From Patescibacteria group bacterium (GTDB lineage Bacteria; Patescibacteriota; Microgenomatia; UBA12405): a DNA stretch of 34,893 bases. The notes beneath the pieces were generated by a model. That model was not told where the DNA came from, searched no databases, and saw only the letters and a list, made by a program, of their open reading frames with translations. A program made the translations under genes and the position numbers. Location of the stretch: positions 1-34,893 of the forward strand of contig JAHISL010000105.1 in NCBI GenBank assembly GCA_018818185.1, written 5' to 3'. Shown here one piece after another: positions 18,062-27,863 of the stretch. The stretch's first letter is position 1. Each line of letters starts with the position of its first letter.

Positions 18062-19513
18062 TTAATTCTTATAGGCTATTATAACATCCTTTAGCTTAAA
18101 GTCAACATAGGGACGAAAAGTCATGCCACACTCGTGACCGACTTTGATTTTTTCAACAATATCTTTGCCTTGACGAATACCTTCAATAGTGGTGTTTTTG
18201 ATGATTTTGCCATCGCGCATGAGATGGACCGTATTTCCTTTTACCATTTCACCTTTGCTAATTTTTACACCGGCAATACGAACTTTGTCGATTTTAAACT
18301 CGGCAATAATGGTTCCTTCACCTAAGATAGTCTCTTCGATGGTTGGGTCAAGCATCTTTAAGACCTGGGATTGAATGTCTTCGATTATTTCGTATATAAT
18401 TTTTGATTGAAAGATAGACACTTTTTCATTGTCGGCGAGATTTTTGATAGTTTTACTGACGGGAACATTGAAAGCAAAAAGTTGAGAATGACTGGTTTTG
18501 GCGGCGATGACATCGTTGTCATTAACTGGACCAACACCGGCGAAAACAATGTTGACGTCATCACTGAGACTACCTTTTAAAGCTTCGAGGGTGCCTTCTA
18601 CATCAGTTTTGACAACAATATTTAGATGAGGAACTTCTTCAGCGTCGGGATCTTGAGTTGTGGAAACGTCGGGTGAGGAAACTTTGACAGTTTCAGGTTC
18701 AATTAGGTGGTCGGTAACAAGAGAGCCAACTGAGGGCACTTTTTCGAAACCTAGAATCTCTACAGGAGCACTGGGTAGGGCCTCTGAAATATTTTTACCA
18801 TCTAAGTCTAAAAGAGCTTTGACCTTTCCGGCGACATTTTCGGCATAAACTGTATCTCCGAGACGGAGGGTGCCTTTTTTGACAATTACGGCTGCCAGAG
18901 GGCCACGAAGTTTGTCGAGTTTTGATTCGATAACGACAGCTTCGAAGGGGGCATCAGGCTCATCTTTGAGCTCCATAATTTCGGCGTTCAAAAAAATTAG
19001 ATCTAAAAGCGCATCAATCCCCTCACCGGTTTTGGCAGAAACAGGGACAACTGAAATCTGACCACCATATTCTTCGGGGGTAAGATCCATTTCAACTAGC
19101 TGACCCTTGACCATTTCGGGTTGGCGAGTATCAAGATCAAATTTGGTCATGGCAACAATGACGGGAAGATTGGCTTTTTTTATCTGGGCAATGCATTCCT
19201 TTGTTTGAGCCATAACGCCGTCAACGGCAGAAATAACCAAAACAACTAAATCGGTGATATCAGCTCCACGAGCGCGCATGGCACAAAAGGCGGCATGGCC
19301 AGGAGTATCAATAAAGGTTACCGGTTTGATTTTACCGTTCTTTAGTTTGACTTCATATTGATATGAAGAAATATGCTGAGTAATTCCACCAGATTCCTTA
19401 CGAGCAACGCTGGCACTTCTAATCTTATCTAAAAGAGTCGTTTTTCCATGGTCAATGTGACCCATAACGGCAACGATAGGCGGACGATATTTGGTGGCCG
19501 AATTTGTAGTCAT
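18062..19513 (-). CDS. infB: Translation initiation factor IF-2 lacking the N-terminal domain
   Basis: [51 protein letters not shown]; 483 aa. Confidence 0.97.
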   Translation of the reverse strand: MTTNSATKYRPPIVAVMGHIDHGKTTLLDKIRSASVARKESGGITQHISSYQYEVKLKNGKIKPVTFIDTPGHAAFCAMRARGADITDLVVLVISAVDGVMAQTKECIAQIKKANLPVIVAMTKFDLDTRQPEMVKGQLVEMDLTPEEYGGQISVVPVSAKTGEGIDALLDLIFLNAEIMELKDEPDAPFEAVVIESKLDKLRGPLAAVIVKKGTLRLGDTVYAENVAGKVKALLDLDGKNISEALPSAPVEILGFEKVPSVGSLVTDHLIEPETVKVSSPDVSTTQDPDAEEVPHLNIVVKTDVEGTLEALKGSLSDDVNIVFAGVGPVNDNDVIAAKTSHSQLFAFNVPVSKTIKNLADNEKVSIFQSKIIYEIIEDIQSQVLKMLDPTIEETILGEGTIIAEFKIDKVRIAGVKISKGEMVKGNTVHLMRDGKIIKNTTIEGIRQGKDIVEKIKVGHECGMTFRPYVDFKLKDVIIAYKN

Positions 19514-19532
19514 AAATTTTAAAGAAGGATAA

Positions 19533-20522
19533 TTAACTTTTGTTGGCAGATACCTTGATTTCTAGTCCACAAAGCATTCCTGCCAAACGGACATTCTCAC
19601 CACCGGCACCAATGGCCAGAGCAAGTTGATCTTCGGGAATTTCAACCTGAGCAGTGGTGTCGTCGACAGAAATTACTTTGACATCGCTAGCAGGAGAAAG
19701 AGCGTTGACAATGAACTGAGAAAGGTTTTTGGCATAGGCGACAACGTCGACTTTTTCGTCTGGAGGTAGCTCGGTCAATACTGACTGAATTCGAGAACCT
19801 TTTTGACCAATACAGGAACCGACAGGATCAATTCCATTTTGAGAGGAAGAGACGGCAACCTTGGTGCGTTGACCGGCTTCACGGGCAATTTTTTCGATAA
19901 CCACGGTGTGATTGTTGACTTCGGGAACTTCGCGAGCAAAAAGTTGTTTGACAAATTCGGGATCACGTCGAGAAAGAATAATGTCTTTTCGACCAGTAAC
20001 AGCATCTTCTTGGATTTCTTTTATTAGAAATAGTTTTTTAGAACTAATATCAAGTATTTCATTCTTGATTTGTTCGTCTTTGGGAAGAACACCTTCTGTT
20101 TTGCCGATACCGATGGTTTTTTTATAAGGATCAACTCGGAGAACAACACCAAGAGTAAGGGTGCCAATCTTTTGATGATATTCACCAACAACGGTGTCTC
20201 GTTCAACTTCACGAATTTTTTGGTCGATGACCTGTTTGGCGGTCATGGCGGCAATGCGACCGAAACCGGGAGGGGTAACGTCTTTTCTCTCTTCACCCTC
20301 AACTTCAAAAATGGCAAAGGAACCAGATTCGGGAGAAAGATCAACTTCGAAGACAGATTCTTCGGAGATAATAACACCATGCTCTTTTTGATCACGCTTA
20401 TAAGCGGAAATTAAACCTTGTTCAATGGCGTCGATAATCTCTTGAGGATCGATGTTGCGTTCACCGGCGATTTGAGCGACGGCGGCGGCGAATTCAGTTT
20501 TTGGTAGTCTTCTAATATCCAT
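19533..20522 (-). CDS. nusA: Transcription termination factor NusA
   Basis: FGRIAAMTAKQVI.QKIRE.ER, LFAREVPEV, AREAGQRTKVAV, DPVGSCIGQKGSRI, LAIGAGGENVRLA; SD AAGGAG. Confidence 0.98.
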   Translation of the reverse strand: MDIRRLPKTEFAAAVAQIAGERNIDPQEIIDAIEQGLISAYKRDQKEHGVIISEESVFEVDLSPESGSFAIFEVEGEERKDVTPPGFGRIAAMTAKQVIDQKIREVERDTVVGEYHQKIGTLTLGVVLRVDPYKKTIGIGKTEGVLPKDEQIKNEILDISSKKLFLIKEIQEDAVTGRKDIILSRRDPEFVKQLFAREVPEVNNHTVVIEKIAREAGQRTKVAVSSSQNGIDPVGSCIGQKGSRIQSVLTELPPDEKVDVVAYAKNLSQFIVNALSPASDVKVISVDDTTAQVEIPEDQLALAIGAGGENVRLAGMLCGLEIKVSANKS

Positions 20523-20537
20523 ATTTCTCCTTTTGGT

Positions 20538-20569
20538 AAAACAAAAATGGGGACACGACGGCCCCCATT
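20538..20569 (-). terminator. Terminator-like attenuator hairpin in the nusA 5' leader, rimP-leader-like
   Basis: AAUGGGGGC-CGUCGU-GUCCCCAUU followed by UUUGUUUU, between the extended -10 TGtTATAAT (20597-20605) and the nusA SD. Confidence 0.75.
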
Positions 20570-20644
20570 CCGAAATACCACAGATTTAACTTGATTATTA
20601 TAACACTAAATAGCTAAAAAATTGAGGCTAAAACATAAATACTG

Positions 20645-20691
20645 GAAGAGATTGAGATATTATGATATATTCCGTACATGACGGCAGAAGT
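20645..20691 (+). repeat. 47-bp promoter/start-codon direct repeat, copy 1
   Basis: GAAGAGATTGAGATATTATGATATATTCCGTACATGACGGCAGAAGT; 38/47 identical to copy 2, ungapped (hand count). Confidence 0.85.
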
Positions 20692-21088
20692 AACAGGTGG
20701 AAAGATTTGTTTGGTAGGAGGGGAAGAAACAATTAAGTGGAAAATTGATGATTCGGGAAAGAGAGCTCAATTAAAAAAAGTTGAAGGTAGGTTAGAGTTA
20801 AGTATTTTTCAGGGAGATATTGAAGAAACCACCTTTAGAAAATGTGTAGTTATTGTTCGAGACGGTGAAGTCTATAGAACTGACAGAAATAGTAATGTCG
20901 AAAGGACAGTTGTACCCCTCGGAAACTATGGAATTTATTTTCGTAAAAATAAAGTAGTAAAAATTGCGGGAACATTTAAAGGATTTGATACTTTTCCTAA
21001 GATTTCTGGACAAACTACCTACAGACACGGAGAAATGATTCAGACAAAGAAAGGCATTAAGATCAAAGCAATAGAAAATAAACGTTAG
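20678..21088 (+). CDS. MTAE-family orphan beta-rich protein 1 (136 aa)
   Basis: MTAEV...VIVRDGEVY...KGF-x22-GIKIKA. Confidence 0.8.
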   Translation: MTAEVTGGKICLVGGEETIKWKIDDSGKRAQLKKVEGRLELSIFQGDIEETTFRKCVVIVRDGEVYRTDRNSNVERTVVPLGNYGIYFRKNKVVKIAGTFKGFDTFPKISGQTTYRHGEMIQTKKGIKIKAIENKR

Positions 21089-21126
21089 ATTTAGAAAATT
21101 AAGCAAGCTGCAAGAGATAAGTTGTA

Positions 21127-21173
21127 GAAGAGACTGAATTATTGTGATATATTTCGCATATGACAGCAGAAAT
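21127..21173 (+). repeat. 47-bp promoter/start-codon direct repeat, copy 2
   Basis: GAAGAGACTGAATTATTGTGATATATTTCGCATATGACAGCAGAAAT. Confidence 0.85.
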
Positions 21174-21573
21174 AAGAGGAACACTTGCCTATCTAATAAA
21201 AAGAGAGGGGGTAGATACCGAGCTGGAAGCTATTCCTTCAAGCTTTTTAGTGGAAGCTTATGAGGGAAAACTGATATTAAGACAAACAGAAGGTGATGTA
21301 AATGAAAAAGCCAGTATATATTCTGGTTTAAGGGCAGTGATACATGGAGGGATAGTAATTTCGACAAAAAATAGTGAAAAGGTGACCCTTCGTGACGGGG
21401 AACAAGCGGTCGAAATTTTACCTGATGGAACAGTTCGAACGTTTGTCGGGACACTAAATGGATTTGAGGTCAGAGGAGGAGAAAATAGACTTCTCAAGAA
21501 AGAATACACTGCCGGTAAAAAGATAATCACCCCCAGGGGAACTGAGATTAAAGCAATTAGGGGAGATCTGTAA
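21160..21573 (+). CDS. MTAE-family orphan beta-rich protein 2 (137 aa)
   Basis: MTAEI...AVIHGGIV...NGF-x24-GTEIKA. Confidence 0.8.
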   Translation: MTAEIRGTLAYLIKREGVDTELEAIPSSFLVEAYEGKLILRQTEGDVNEKASIYSGLRAVIHGGIVISTKNSEKVTLRDGEQAVEILPDGTVRTFVGTLNGFEVRGGENRLLKKEYTAGKKIITPRGTEIKAIRGDL

Positions 21574-21980
21574 TGACGGCAGAAGTTGATAAAAAAATCG
21601 TTGTACAAGTACAAAAAAAAGAAAGAATCACTTTTGAGATGGATGATGGAGACAGTCTTGAAATTCATGCACTTAAGGGAACGAGCGGTGAATTGGAGGT
21701 GGTCAGGGAACGGATAATTCAGTGTTCTGGTCCAATAAGGGGAGTAATTTTTAAGGGGAGATTTTATGTGAGTGAGGGAGAAGACAATATAGTTGAGCCA
21801 GGAGACAGGGTGTTTCACGTGTCTGATGAAGGAAAGGGATTAGAAATAATTGAAGGAAGGGAAAATGGTTTTCGAATAACAAGATCCAACGGTGATACGA
21901 CTGAGTATCATTCAAAAAATACAGTTGTTTTGAGGGGTCCAGCGGGAGTAGTATTAAAAGCAAGACAAAACAATAAGTAG
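21573..21980 (+). CDS. MTAE-family orphan beta-rich protein 3 (135 aa), translationally coupled to copy 2
   Basis: TAATG stop/start overlap with GGGGAG upstream; MTAEV...GVIFKGRFY...NGF-x24-GVVLKA. Confidence 0.8.
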   Translation: MTAEVDKKIVVQVQKKERITFEMDDGDSLEIHALKGTSGELEVVRERIIQCSGPIRGVIFKGRFYVSEGEDNIVEPGDRVFHVSDEGKGLEIIEGRENGFRITRSNGDTTEYHSKNTVVLRGPAGVVLKARQNNK

Positions 21981-22026
21981 AAGAAGTTGTACTATTGTGA
22001 TATATTTTGCATATGACTGCGGAAAT
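21980..22026 (+). repeat. 47-bp promoter/start-codon direct repeat, copy 3
   Basis: GAAGAAGTTGTACTATTGTGATATATTTTGCATATGACTGCGGAAAT; 39/47 identical to copy 2 (hand count). Confidence 0.85.
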
Positions 22027-22420
22027 AAACACAGAACTTAATCATGTAGTTTTGACTCCAGGACAAGACGTGGGGGTTGGATTTCAATTTAGGAGATACG
22101 GAAATATCTGTTTTAAAAGGGGTGAGTTTCCAATACAGGTGATAGCTGATGGTAATGAACTGCCAATTGAAGCAAATGTGGTGATATATGACAGAACAAT
22201 ATATACAATTGCAAAAGAAAGGCCGTCATCTTTAACTTTAGAAAATTGTGGGACAAGAGCGTTGAGCATAACCGAGAAAGGAATTCAAGAAATATGTATA
22301 ACAGATAATGGTTTTTCAGTAAGGGAAATTTATCCCGGAGAAAGAAGGCCTGTTTTTTTTGAAGGTGGAATAACAATGGAGCTTGATTCGGGAGTTAAGT
22401 TGAGAGGAAAAAGAGGTTAG
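22013..22420 (+). CDS. MTAE-family orphan beta-rich protein 4 (135 aa)
   Basis: Start at ATG 22013 by alignment with the repeat; MTAEI...VVIYDRTIY...NGF-x25-GVKLRG. Confidence 0.8.
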   Translation: MTAEINTELNHVVLTPGQDVGVGFQFRRYGNICFKRGEFPIQVIADGNELPIEANVVIYDRTIYTIAKERPSSLTLENCGTRALSITEKGIQEICITDNGFSVREIYPGERRPVFFEGGITMELDSGVKLRGKRG

Positions 22421-22431
22421 TTGGCTATTGT

Positions 22432-23298
22432 TTACAAATCCAATTCTTTGATCAATTGTTTTTGTTTGGCGGAGAGACGATAAGGAATGACGATGTTAAG
22501 ACGAATATAAAGATCGCCAACACCGTAACCACTGACATCTTTAATCCCCTGGCCTCGAAGACGGACCAGGGTGTTGGGCTGGGTACCTGATTTAACACGA
22601 ATTTTTAATTTATCGGTAAGGGTAGGTACTTCGATAACATCACCCAAAATTGCCTGTGATATGGTTATATTTTGACTAACGTAAACATCATTACCATCGC
22701 GCTTGAAAACTTTATCGGGCAAAACATCAATGTATAAATTAAAGTTGGTAAATTTGATACGCTGACCGTCGTCGACCCCGGCGGGAATTTTTATTTTCTT
22801 CTCTGAGCCGTCAATATTGACTTCTTTTTCACAGCCAAGAGCAGCATCTAAAAATGAGATTTGAATCTTGTAGGTTGGGACTTGGCGACGTGACTGGCCA
22901 CCAAAGTTAACGCCACCGGTACCGCCAAAAAATTGCTCAAAGATATCGAAAGGGTTGCTAAAACCGCCAAAATCAAAGTCAGCACCTTGCTGGCCACCAT
23001 TGGAAGATTGCCAAGTAAAGTCGAAGGGACCATTTTGTTGAGTGTAGGTATGACCGCCAAAATTGCCGCCAGCATTGGGGTCAAAGGCGGTATGACCGTA
23101 TTGGTCGTAGGCGGTTTTTTTCTGGTCGTTACTGAGAACTTCGTAGGCTTCGTTGATTTCTTTGAACTTTTCCTCCGCATCGGCAGATTTGTTTCGATCG
23201 GGGTGCCACTGCATGGCTTGCTTACGATAAGCCGACTTGATCTCCTCTTTTGAGGCACCTTTTTTGACTCCAAGTGTTTCGTAAAAATCAGGTTTCAT
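22432..23298 (-). CDS. dnaJ: DnaJ co-chaperone without zinc finger (class B/CbpA-like architecture)
   Basis: J-domain with HPD, G/F-rich region with DIF, C-terminal domains; no CxxCxGxG repeats; last gene of the dnaK operon. Confidence 0.92.
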   Translation of the reverse strand: MKPDFYETLGVKKGASKEEIKSAYRKQAMQWHPDRNKSADAEEKFKEINEAYEVLSNDQKKTAYDQYGHTAFDPNAGGNFGGHTYTQQNGPFDFTWQSSNGGQQGADFDFGGFSNPFDIFEQFFGGTGGVNFGGQSRRQVPTYKIQISFLDAALGCEKEVNIDGSEKKIKIPAGVDDGQRIKFTNFNLYIDVLPDKVFKRDGNDVYVSQNITISQAILGDVIEVPTLTDKLKIRVKSGTQPNTLVRLRGQGIKDVSGYGVGDLYIRLNIVIPYRLSAKQKQLIKELDL

Positions 23299-23305
23299 TT
23301 TATTT

Positions 23306-23333
23306 TATGGCCCCGCAGAAACACGGGGCCATA
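23306..23333 (-). other. Strong GC-rich intercistronic hairpin between dnaK and dnaJ
   Basis: Plus strand TATGGCCCCG-cagaaaca-CGGGGCCATA, a perfect 10-bp stem; followed by an A-rich tract, not a U-tract, on the mRNA strand. Confidence 0.7.
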
Positions 23334-23349
23334 GATTATATCTTGAATC

Positions 23350-25290
23350 TTACTCTTTAACTACCTCTCCCTCTTCGGCTTCTTTTTTGTCATCCTTGTC
23401 TTTGGACTTTTTGTCCTTTGATTTGGAATCCTGAGCCTCGGGACCGGGCTGACCGGGTTGATTAGGTTGACCGGCGTCGGGTTGACCATAAACCGCCTGG
23501 CCGACAACTTGGAGAATCTGATTTAGTTCTTCGATGAACTTATCATACTCATCCTTTTTGGCGTCAGTTTTGGCAATAAGATCTTTACCAGCCTTAATTT
23601 TTTCTTCAATTTTTGCCTTATCTTCTGGCTTGATCTTGTCTCCGAAATCCTTAAGAGTTTTTTCGCCGGTGAAGATAGTGGCGTCGAGTTTATTTTTACT
23701 TTCGACAAAACCATGCTTCTCTTCATCTTCACGAGCGTGCATTTCAGCATCGTTTTTCATCTTTTCAACTTCGTCATCGGAAAGATTGGTGGCGTTTTGG
23801 ATAGTAATTTTTTGCTCTTTATTGGTGCCTTTATCTTTGGCTGAGACACTTAGGATTCCATTACTGTCGATGTCAAAGGTGACCTCGATTTGAGGAGTGC
23901 CTCGTGGAGCTGGGGCAATGCCATCAAGGACAAAGCGACCAAGACTTTTGTTGTCAGCGGCCATAGGCCTTTCACCTTGAAGAACGTTAATTTCCACCTG
24001 AGGCTGAGAATCAGCATAGGTAGTGAAAATCTGGGATTTCTTGGTAGGCACGGTGGTATTTCTTTCTATAAGAGGAGTACGAACACCGCCAGCAGTCTCG
24101 ATACCGAGTGTTAGAGGAGTAACGTCAAGAAGGACAATGTCTTTGACTTCACCAGTCAAAACAGCTCCCTGAACAGCGGCACCAATGGCGACAACTTCAT
24201 CGGGGTTAACGGTGGTGTTGGGTTCCCTGCCAAAGAAATCTTTGACGACTTGCAGAACTTTGGGCATACGAGTCATGCCGCCAACCATAACCACATCGGT
24301 AATGTCGGATTTACTGACACCAGCGTCTTTAAGACACTTTTCAACAGGTGAAATGGTGTTTTGAATTAAATCATCAACCATTTTTTCCAGTTCTGATCGG
24401 GTTAATTTAACGGTTAGGTGCAAAGAATCGCTTCCCTTTTGGGTAATGAAAGGAAGATTGATCTCAGTTTCACCAGTAGAGGACAATTCAATCTTGGCCT
24501 TCTCGGCGGCTTCACGAAGACGTTGAAGAGCCTGAGGATCTTTACTTAAATCGACTCCATGTTCTTTTTCGAAATTTTCGAGAAGCCAATTGGTAATGCG
24601 ATGATCAAAGTCATCTCCACCAAGGAAGGTGTCACCATTGGTAGCTTTGACTTCAAAAACACCATCACCGATTTCTAAAATAGAAATGTCGAAGGTACCA
24701 CCACCAAGGTCGTAAACAGCAACAAGACCTTTTTTCTTTTTATCTAGACCATAGGCAAGAGCAGAAGCTGTAGGTTCGTTAACGATTCTTTTTACATTAA
24801 GACCAGCAATTTCACCAGCCTGCTTCGTAGCTTGACGTTGAGAATCATCGAAATAAGCGGGGACAGTAATAACAGCGTCAGTAATCTTTTCACCAAGATA
24901 TCTTTCGGCGTCAGCTTTGGCTTTTTGCAAAATCATAGCTGAGATTTCTTGAGGGGTGTAGATCTTGCCATCGATTTCGACAGCAGCCATTTTGTCTTTA
25001 CCAGCGACGATTTTGTAGGAAACAATTTTTTTGGTTTTTTCGACCTCGGGATCATCAATGCGACGACCCATTAGACGTTTGATGCTGAAAATTGTTTTTT
25101 CAGGATTAAGAACCATTTGCCTTTTGGCAAGATCGCCAACCAATTTTTTGATAGGTTCGACAATAGAAGGAATGGTGTTTCTGCCTTCGGCAGTTAGGAT
25201 AACTTTTGGAGTTCCAGCCTCCATGACAGCCACACATGAATTAGTGGTGCCAAGATCAATTCCGATTATTTTGTTTGATGTATTTGACAT
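23350..25290 (-). CDS. dnaK: Chaperone DnaK (Hsp70)
   Basis: [66 protein letters not shown]. Confidence 0.99.
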   Translation of the reverse strand: MSNTSNKIIGIDLGTTNSCVAVMEAGTPKVILTAEGRNTIPSIVEPIKKLVGDLAKRQMVLNPEKTIFSIKRLMGRRIDDPEVEKTKKIVSYKIVAGKDKMAAVEIDGKIYTPQEISAMILQKAKADAERYLGEKITDAVITVPAYFDDSQRQATKQAGEIAGLNVKRIVNEPTASALAYGLDKKKKGLVAVYDLGGGTFDISILEIGDGVFEVKATNGDTFLGGDDFDHRITNWLLENFEKEHGVDLSKDPQALQRLREAAEKAKIELSSTGETEINLPFITQKGSDSLHLTVKLTRSELEKMVDDLIQNTISPVEKCLKDAGVSKSDITDVVMVGGMTRMPKVLQVVKDFFGREPNTTVNPDEVVAIGAAVQGAVLTGEVKDIVLLDVTPLTLGIETAGGVRTPLIERNTTVPTKKSQIFTTYADSQPQVEINVLQGERPMAADNKSLGRFVLDGIAPAPRGTPQIEVTFDIDSNGILSVSAKDKGTNKEQKITIQNATNLSDDEVEKMKNDAEMHAREDEEKHGFVESKNKLDATIFTGEKTLKDFGDKIKPEDKAKIEEKIKAGKDLIAKTDAKKDEYDKFIEELNQILQVVGQAVYGQPDAGQPNQPGQPGPEAQDSKSKDKKSKDKDDKKEAEEGEVVKE

Positions 25291-25324
25291 ATTTTTTTAT
25301 ATAAATTTATAAATTGTTAATAAA

Positions 25325-25783
25325 TTAAGATTTTTTACCGACAGTAACTTGGGCTGGTCGGAGACATTGCCCGTTTAATAGATAACCCCGCTTTCTAACT
25401 TCAATAACTTTGTCGGCCTTACCCTCAACAACTTGTAAACATTCCATAGTCTCTGGATTAAAGTCTTGATCAGCAGCACTGATTTCTTCAAGGCCTTGTT
25501 TTTTTAAAATAGATTCAAAACGATCAATGGCCATTTTTAAACCGGGATCAGATAGTTGAGTATAGGCAAGATAGAGATCATCGAGAACAGATAACATTTC
25601 AGAAACAAAATTGGCAATTGCCAGAGTAGCAAAAAATTGATGTTGATCTTGCTGTCTTTTTTGAAGATTGGCATAATCGGCCAAAGACCGGGTCAACTTA
25701 TCTTCGAGTTGCTTGATTTGTTCTTCTAATTTTAATATTTCGGGCACAAGATTAGTTTTTTGTTTGTTTTTTGTATTTGGCAT
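25325..25783 (-). CDS. grpE: Nucleotide exchange factor GrpE
   Basis: RSLADYANLQKR, FNPETME, KRGYLLNGQCLRPAQVTV. Confidence 0.95.
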   Translation of the reverse strand: MPNTKNKQKTNLVPEILKLEEQIKQLEDKLTRSLADYANLQKRQQDQHQFFATLAIANFVSEMLSVLDDLYLAYTQLSDPGLKMAIDRFESILKKQGLEEISAADQDFNPETMECLQVVEGKADKVIEVRKRGYLLNGQCLRPAQVTVGKKS

Positions 25784-25791
25784 ATTTTTAA

Positions 25792-26532
25792 TTAACGAGT
25801 AATGGTTGAGATTAGTTCGGCAAAGAAATCAACAACGGGAATAACTACTTGATATTCGACGCGGGCGGGACCGATGACACCGACGATACCTCGATGAGGG
25901 CCTGCTTGATAGGTTTGGTAGATGAAACCGCAAGGTTCAAGGTGCTCCATACCTAAATCTTCACCGACAAGTAGATGAATTAACTGAGAGGAGGGTTCTT
26001 CGGTGCTAACCCCGGCCTTACTGATAATGTCGAACCAAAAATTTGGATTGTCTAAAAGTGATAAGACAGTTTTGGTAACATCGATGTTGTAAAACTCTGG
26101 CTCCTCGAGCAAGTTTGAAGCACCATAGCTATAAATAGAACCCTGGTCAGTAGTCGAAATGGCTAAAGATCGAGTTTTTTTGGCAAGTTCTCGAGTAGTT
26201 TCCTTGAGAAGTTTTTCGAATTCGTTTCGATAATCCCATACTTTTTCTTTGACACCAATTTCGTCACTAACGGACATATTTTTGGGAGTCATGAGATTGC
26301 GGACATAGTATTTCAGACCCATAGAGGTCGGACAGCGACCGGCAGAAAGATGGCCTTTTTTAAGGAAGCCAAGTTGAGTTAGGGACGACATCTCGTTTCT
26401 GATGGTGGCGGAAGAAATACCGAGATTATATTTTCGTTCGAGAGTCTCAGAACCGACAGGAGTTGCAGAATCAATAAACTCTTCGGTAATACATTTGAGA
26501 ATCTTAATTTGACGTTGAGTTAAATCAGCCAT
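25792..26532 (-). CDS. hrcA: Heat-inducible transcription repressor HrcA, short form
   Basis: LTQRQIKIL, PVGSETL, SSATIRNEMS.L...G.L...H.SAGR.PT, GVIGPARVEY. Confidence 0.95.
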   Translation of the reverse strand: MADLTQRQIKILKCITEEFIDSATPVGSETLERKYNLGISSATIRNEMSSLTQLGFLKKGHLSAGRCPTSMGLKYYVRNLMTPKNMSVSDEIGVKEKVWDYRNEFEKLLKETTRELAKKTRSLAISTTDQGSIYSYGASNLLEEPEFYNIDVTKTVLSLLDNPNFWFDIISKAGVSTEEPSSQLIHLLVGEDLGMEHLEPCGFIYQTYQAGPHRGIVGVIGPARVEYQVVIPVVDFFAELISTITR

Positions 26533-26533
26533 A

Positions 26534-26560
26534 TTAGCAGTATAATAGAACGACTGCTAA
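26534..26560 (-). promoter_or_regulatory. CIRCE operator overlapping the hrcA promoter
   Basis: Minus strand TTAGCAGTC-GTTCTATTA-TACTGCTAA (9-9-9) versus consensus TTAGCACTC-N9-GAGTGCTAA; 1 nt from the ATG; TTGACA at 26565-26570. Confidence 0.9.
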
Positions 26561-26566
26561 GCAGTG

Positions 26567-27610
26567 TCAAGGAGTAAGTGATGGCGGAGAGTCATTATCT
26601 TCAATGTTGATTTTATCGATGACCTTCTGAAGCTTGTTGTTGCGAGTAAGGCTGACCTTGTTGAACTGATCGTGAAGACTATCGATCTTGGTACCAAATT
26701 TGTTGAACTCTTCGTTAAATTTGTTGAACTCAGCACCAAATATTTTTATTTGAGAAATTATTCCACGGACATTTTTTTGAAATCGAAAATTTTCGTAGGC
26801 CTGTTTGACCATTCTTAGTATTGCAGTAAAAGAAAAGGGGCCAGCAAAAACAATTTTTTTGTTGAAGGCTTCCTCGAGAAGGTTTGGGAATTTCTCGTAA
26901 ATAAAACTAAAAATCATCTCATTGGGAATAAAAACAATCACGAAATCAACCGTATTTTCTTCAGGATTAATATAATTTCTACTGGAGACATCGGCAATTT
27001 TCCTCTTAATATCACCCTCGAAGGCCTTTAAAAATTGGGCTTTTTGATCGGCGTTTTCAGTTTCGCTCATTTTGACAATGTTGGCGTAGGGAAATTTTGC
27101 ATCAATGTTGACTTTGGTTTTGTCGGGAAGATAGAGGGTGAAATCTGGTCGCCCTTCGGCAAATGTTTCCTGTTTACTATAGTCAGTGCCAATAACAAAG
27201 CCTGATTGCTTGAGGAGGTCTTCGGCAACTTTTTCGCCAAAAGCACCGCGCATACGATCACTACTTAGGGTTCTTTTAAGACCTTCGGTAGTGACAGAAA
27301 GTTCTTTGGTAATTTTGGTGCTAGTTTCTATGGCATCCCTAAGACCAGTAAAACTACGGATGCGATCTTTTTCAACAGTGGAAAGCTGATCTTGGACCTG
27401 CTTGATCATCTTTTCAATAGCATCTTTTTTATTGGATAGATCTGTCTGAATTTGAAGATTTTTGTCATTTAGTTTGTCGTTTGATTGTTTGACGAGAGTA
27501 TCGATTGCCTTGGAAAGATCAATTTGATCTGGCTTGTTGGATTTTTGGAGATAGACAAAATAGGCCAGGGTGGCGAGAATTAAAATTAAAAGAAGATAAA
27601 CGAAGGTCAT
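26567..27610 (-). CDS. rmuC: DNA recombination protein RmuC
   Basis: N-terminal TM plus coiled coil, RGAFGE, RPDF...LP, IDAKFP, TVDFVIVFIPNE. Confidence 0.92.
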   Translation of the reverse strand: MTFVYLLLILILATLAYFVYLQKSNKPDQIDLSKAIDTLVKQSNDKLNDKNLQIQTDLSNKKDAIEKMIKQVQDQLSTVEKDRIRSFTGLRDAIETSTKITKELSVTTEGLKRTLSSDRMRGAFGEKVAEDLLKQSGFVIGTDYSKQETFAEGRPDFTLYLPDKTKVNIDAKFPYANIVKMSETENADQKAQFLKAFEGDIKRKIADVSSRNYINPEENTVDFVIVFIPNEMIFSFIYEKFPNLLEEAFNKKIVFAGPFSFTAILRMVKQAYENFRFQKNVRGIISQIKIFGAEFNKFNEEFNKFGTKIDSLHDQFNKVSLTRNNKLQKVIDKINIEDNDSPPSLTP

Positions 27611-27665
27611 GGTTTATTGTAACCTAAATATAGTTTGGGAATAGAAAATGATATAATTTGTTACT

Positions 27666-27863
27666 ATGGCATACAAAACAGAAACAGAATCTGGTGGACC
27701 TATTAGTCCAGAAGCAGAAAAGATTATTGAAAGAGATAAGAGAAGAGATGCGAGAAGGCCTGCAGGAAAAGTAATTTTATTAGATGAGGAAGTATTGGTA
27801 ATGGGTAACAATAATGTAGTAACTGGAGTAAGAGGAAGAAGGATACGAATAAAAAGCTGCTAA
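27666..27863 (+). CDS. Orphan small protein (65 aa)
   Basis: Fills the gap between rmuC and dut; TGaTATAAT 8 nt upstream; purine-rich like the other plus-strand ORFs. Confidence 0.55.
   Translation: MAYKTETESGGPISPEAEKIIERDKRRDARRPAGKVILLDEEVLVMGNNNVVTGVRGRRIRIKSC

Noticed and set aside
20645..22420. MTAE repeats as a CRISPR array, integron cassettes or DGR target
   Set aside because: The repeats are degenerate and separated by whole genes. There is no attC-like palindrome (only a lone GTTAGAT at the end of gene 1), no adenine-specific TR/VR pair, and no cas, integrase or reverse transcriptase in the window.
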